Shown here: positions 61,901 to 64,000 of the stretch, piece by piece | Layout of the letters: each line of letters begins with the position of its first letter | How positions within the stretch are numbered: position 1 is the first letter of the stretch | Notes under the pieces: model-generated | Databases searched by the model: none | Seen by the model: the letters and a program-made list of their open reading frames with translations, nothing else | Told to the model about the DNA's origin: nothing | Virus record (IMG/VR): IMGVR_UViG_3300037400_003843 | Coordinates: 1 to 64,000 of that record | Direction: 5' to 3' (one strand) | Source: a virus | Lineage: Duplodnaviria; Caudoviricetes | DNA: 64,000 nucleotides | Translations under genes and position numbers: made by a program

Positions 61901-64000
61901 GGCAGTTCGTCATTGTCCGCGATGTCATCGGAGGTGGCTATGAGAGGATGCTCTCAGGACTCGACGCGGTGGATGCGGAAGGAGACGAGTATTACTTCGC
62001 TGGCCGGCTCGCAAGTCAGGGTCCTCGCTGGTTTGTCGGAGACGCTGCAGGAGAATACGCCGAATGGGTAAACGGCCGCCTGAATATCAAGGGCACGCTC
62101 GTCGTGCGAAATTCGGACGGGACCTACCAGGCCATGACTGACTATATGGCCGGCGTTGCTTCTGCTATGGATGTTCTTCAGGCTCAGATTGACGGGCAGA
62201 TTCAGTCCTGGGCGAGCACCCAGGCGCCTTCCGCCCAGACGGAGCCGTTTCCGCAGTATGACCCTGATACGGAGCAGCCTGTTGGGGATGCTAACTATCC
62301 TGCTAACGGGTGGGCTACTACGGTCGATAAAAACAAGCACGTCGGCGATATCTACACCGATGACACGACTGGCCAGGCCTGGCGTTATTCCGCAGGATTC
62401 TACTGGGTTCGAATAACAGATGAAGAGGCCGCTGCCGCTATGGCTATCGCGCAGCAGGCTGCTGCCGGCGTGGCAGGCCTGCAGTATCTGAAGGCCGCTA
62501 CGAATAACGGCGCCACGCTTGTCTCCGGCGGTCTTATCCTGTCCAACCTCATGGCCCTCGGTCAGACCGTCAGCCAGCAGTTCCAGGTAACGGCCGGTAT
62601 CAACGGTATCATGAACGCCGGTCGCACCCGTCTTGGCGGTGGGCTTGCCGCCTGGTTTGGTGGGGACATATCCGACAAGGACGACCTCGACCAGGGCGTG
62701 ACGGCCTATGCTAAGAGCGTGTTCCGTTTCGACGGGTCCGGCTATCTCGCTGGAGGTAATATCCATTGGGACCAGAACGGATACGGCGGAATACCTGGAA
62801 TAACCTGGAGCGGGAACAATATCATAATAGGAGGCAATGTCAAGCTCGCGTCGCTTACCGGCGACAGCGTGACGGACCTTATTAATCTCGTACAGGAACT
62901 TAGCGGACTCCTTGAAAAGGTCAACATAGGAACGGAGGCTAATCCTATCTACGCAGTGCATGTCAAGGACGGGATGGGATTATATTCCGACGGCTTCATC
63001 ACCGCCGGTGGCGTGGGCTCCGGCTCCGGAGGAGGTGGTGGCCTGGATGTGGACCGCATGTGGCAGAGCCTCACCAACAGCCCGGCCGACCCCGGCTACG
63101 AGAACACCAAGATTGCCGTGGCGCATATCCCCGACCTTGCCATGTCCCAAATCACCGGCCTCTCCACCGCGCTTGCTGGCAAGGCCGACGCGAGTGCGCT
63201 GACGGGGTATCTGCCGTTGACCGCCGGAAGCGGAAAGGCGTTGACGGGTGTGTTATACACGCATAAGATAATTAACCTTGGTTCGGCGGCTGACAACGCG
63301 ATTGTTACGCGCGGATTGAATGGAGCAACAGAAGCAGGTGTGCTTGGCGATTTGTATATCAATTACGGGCATACAGGGAATGTGATTATTAACTATGGGG
63401 ATGGAACGCCTGGTGGAGTTGTAATCGGCGAGGCGTCGTATTCCGGAACATCCCTTTTGCGTGTGGCTGGGAATATTACATCCACGGGAACGATATATTC
63501 TTCTGCGGTTTCAATTAGCGGAAGCGGTGCGGATATATTCAAAATCAACAGAAGCAGCACTTATTCTTGGATAAGATTTGATTGCTATGGTAATTTTGCG
63601 GGTTATCTTGGTGTTGGAAGCGATGGAAAGCCATATTTTAGCACTGGGACACTACGGGAATTATTACATACGGGCAATTATTCTTCCTATGCTCTTCCGT
63701 TGGCCGCGGGTTCATCTTATTCCCTTACCGATAAATTATACATTGATAAAACAAGCGGCGAATCTGGTGTTGTGTTTAAGGTCGGAGGAACCATTTTAGG
63801 TCAGGTGTTCTCAGCAAGTGGAGCCACTACGATTTGCCAAGAAGGAACTGGCTCGCCATCTTTATCTGTAAAGGGTGGAACTAATAGCCCGGTTTTTCAG
63901 TATAATGGAACCAACTATACGGTATATCATTCTGGCATATTCACGCCGTCAGATTATCTTCCGTTGGCTGGAGGAACAATGACTGGCAGCATAACGATGA
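58948..64000 (+). CDS. Large baseplate hub / tail fibre protein, partial (runs off the window; absent from ORF track)
   Basis: ATGA overlap with Dit; MIPSITEVNFPSYATL...; frame spot-checked at 62941 and 63901 (YLPLAGGTMTG). Confidence 0.85.
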   Translation, partial: MIPSITEVNFPSYATLHQATVSLQEMGERTITTQVRIDGSVTPSFEGWELRFKGERFVLPTRTPQAAKDNTTKNALVDLTFQSWAIEQLKHYFFVSLSEYETGKFIPDQYNASVILPLESFVQLFNRVLQYYFGTGIRMDLFGAGTGIYSTQPVSVEINKTYIWDVLIKFYELFDVRWYIEYEQATGAYVIKVGYAVDAITDHDFEYGYNGGLLKFERNVQDADVRNILLGRGGEKNLPYRYFKLQEDPQNQEWAADPDAIPELANIYFDRLRDINFRWYVRGWMQNPHRDTSWDATHTFPQYTESQCPAEHLFAFRLGKTDAKFNPVEYVKDDASITKYGERWGAVEDNDEVFPTIQGMTGTGIGRVDECVDVSDIVTDDIEAAVTEAATVRTIAGEITITKDFSANEQKTDVLKSEQFTIPSGSTGNLSAPWLNPIAQDGAGIALVSVNTTLSSVKAVRVDNGTEYDIDTPGGFPAGTYYAKITVVVKNYNTSSGYSNVTYGLQSLDLTVSTPNTEAWKPTFDIWVKNIWETTQGQSETDEQYAARVWEPILGDRVGNEAKLVFSDGFMSVSQDYEFTIASYPVKDRSKSINGVQSEWKITLFKSDAEFKATGLYVPNATTGGKPAAGDHFFFIGIDMPFLYVTKAEELLNGATMTPAANKTAALSDLADVQPTWVISLDKVRVHTLEDGEYGQTLAERLSAGATVRIKDSRFTGGQALTLYVKSITYTWNEPTTGNPYLVPDIEVVLSDTVLSAEGTVTRVANELNVVKTTYAKSADIESTVRAVGNALFLKKTGESDRSSSPTQFASKVTSMSFRQGDIGGKGWGFYDEEPAKVQAVTRATRAAATETEEKGNSVLEIDKLVVRKEMRVNSLVANQIAYVGGRQIVSAAAIECTQVVDDQAGYYCYFNQKQGTVANLFVVGDFAMGQMFDPNNLEVRYYKARVNEIGSNYILLSKTVKDGDGVPAVGDTIVQHGHESNTARQFVIVRDVIGGGYERMLSGLDAVDAEGDEYYFAGRLASQGPRWFVGDAAGEYAEWVNGRLNIKGTLVVRNSDGTYQAMTDYMAGVASAMDVLQAQIDGQIQSWASTQAPSAQTEPFPQYDPDTEQPVGDANYPANGWATTVDKNKHVGDIYTDDTTGQAWRYSAGFYWVRITDEEAAAAMAIAQQAAAGVAGLQYLKAATNNGATLVSGGLILSNLMALGQTVSQQFQVTAGINGIMNAGRTRLGGGLAAWFGGDISDKDDLDQGVTAYAKSVFRFDGSGYLAGGNIHWDQNGYGGIPGITWSGNNIIIGGNVKLASLTGDSVTDLINLVQELSGLLEKVNIGTEANPIYAVHVKDGMGLYSDGFITAGGVGSGSGGGGGLDVDRMWQSLTNSPADPGYENTKIAVAHIPDLAMSQITGLSTALAGKADASALTGYLPLTAGSGKALTGVLYTHKIINLGSAADNAIVTRGLNGATEAGVLGDLYINYGHTGNVIINYGDGTPGGVVIGEASYSGTSLLRVAGNITSTGTIYSSAVSISGSGADIFKINRSSTYSWIRFDCYGNFAGYLGVGSDGKPYFSTGTLRELLHTGNYSSYALPLAAGSSYSLTDKLYIDKTSGESGVVFKVGGTILGQVFSASGATTICQEGTGSPSLSVKGGTNSPVFQYNGTNYTVYHSGIFTPSDYLPLAGGTMTGSITM

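Larger units (their letters stand above)
1..64000. mobile_element. Tailed dsDNA bacteriophage (siphovirus-like, Bacteroidales host), partial genome
   Basis: Ordered terminase-portal-scaffold-capsid-neck-tail-TMP-Dit module, phage replication genes, many HNH genes, TAnnTTTG promoters; no run of host housekeeping genes. Confidence 0.95.

Noticed and set aside
58948-64000. Diversity-generating retroelement acting on the tail fibre
   Set aside because: No reverse transcriptase and no TR/VR pair visible in the window; cannot be excluded beyond 64000

Overview
A 64 kb slice of a tailed, siphovirus-like bacteriophage of a Bacteroidales host. The host is inferred from TAnnTTTG -7 promoters and AT-rich translation starts without Shine-Dalgarno sites. 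No host chromosomal context or tyrosine integrase is visible. Layout: (1) 57-3739, a + strand operon of uncharacterised genes (Gly-rich CCC coiled-coil protein through an HExxH protein) interrupted by an antisense HNH gene; (2) 3772-21940, a - strand early/accessory arm with ThyX, XRE HTH, a small serine recombinase, gp88-like Fe-S protein, SSB, ComM/YifB, RadC-JAB and about 30 small ORFs, starting in a stretch with a very restricted k-mer vocabulary; (3) 21950-22900, a divergent control region with operator-like and iteron-like repeats; (4) 22948-41097, a + strand replication/modification arm with MazG, a tRNA cluster, SF3 primase-helicase, exonuclease, two DNA methyltransferases, SF2 helicase and VRR-NUC; (5) 42046-64000, terminase, portal, scaffold, capsid, neck, tail tube, frameshifted chaperone, tape measure, Dit and a large tail protein running off the window. 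Main highlight: six of seven HNH-type endonuclease genes are preceded by their own promoter plus a structured RNA leader from one of two families. Family A has four copies with fully covarying 7-bp kissing loops and an AGUA/GAA loop-E motif; family B has two copies. Other highlights: all five tRNA-like genes have abnormal anticodon arms; both methyltransferases carry poly-G tracts suggesting phase variation; and there is a phage-borne ComM-RadC-SSB cluster. All family assignments come from motifs recognised by eye, not from database searches.
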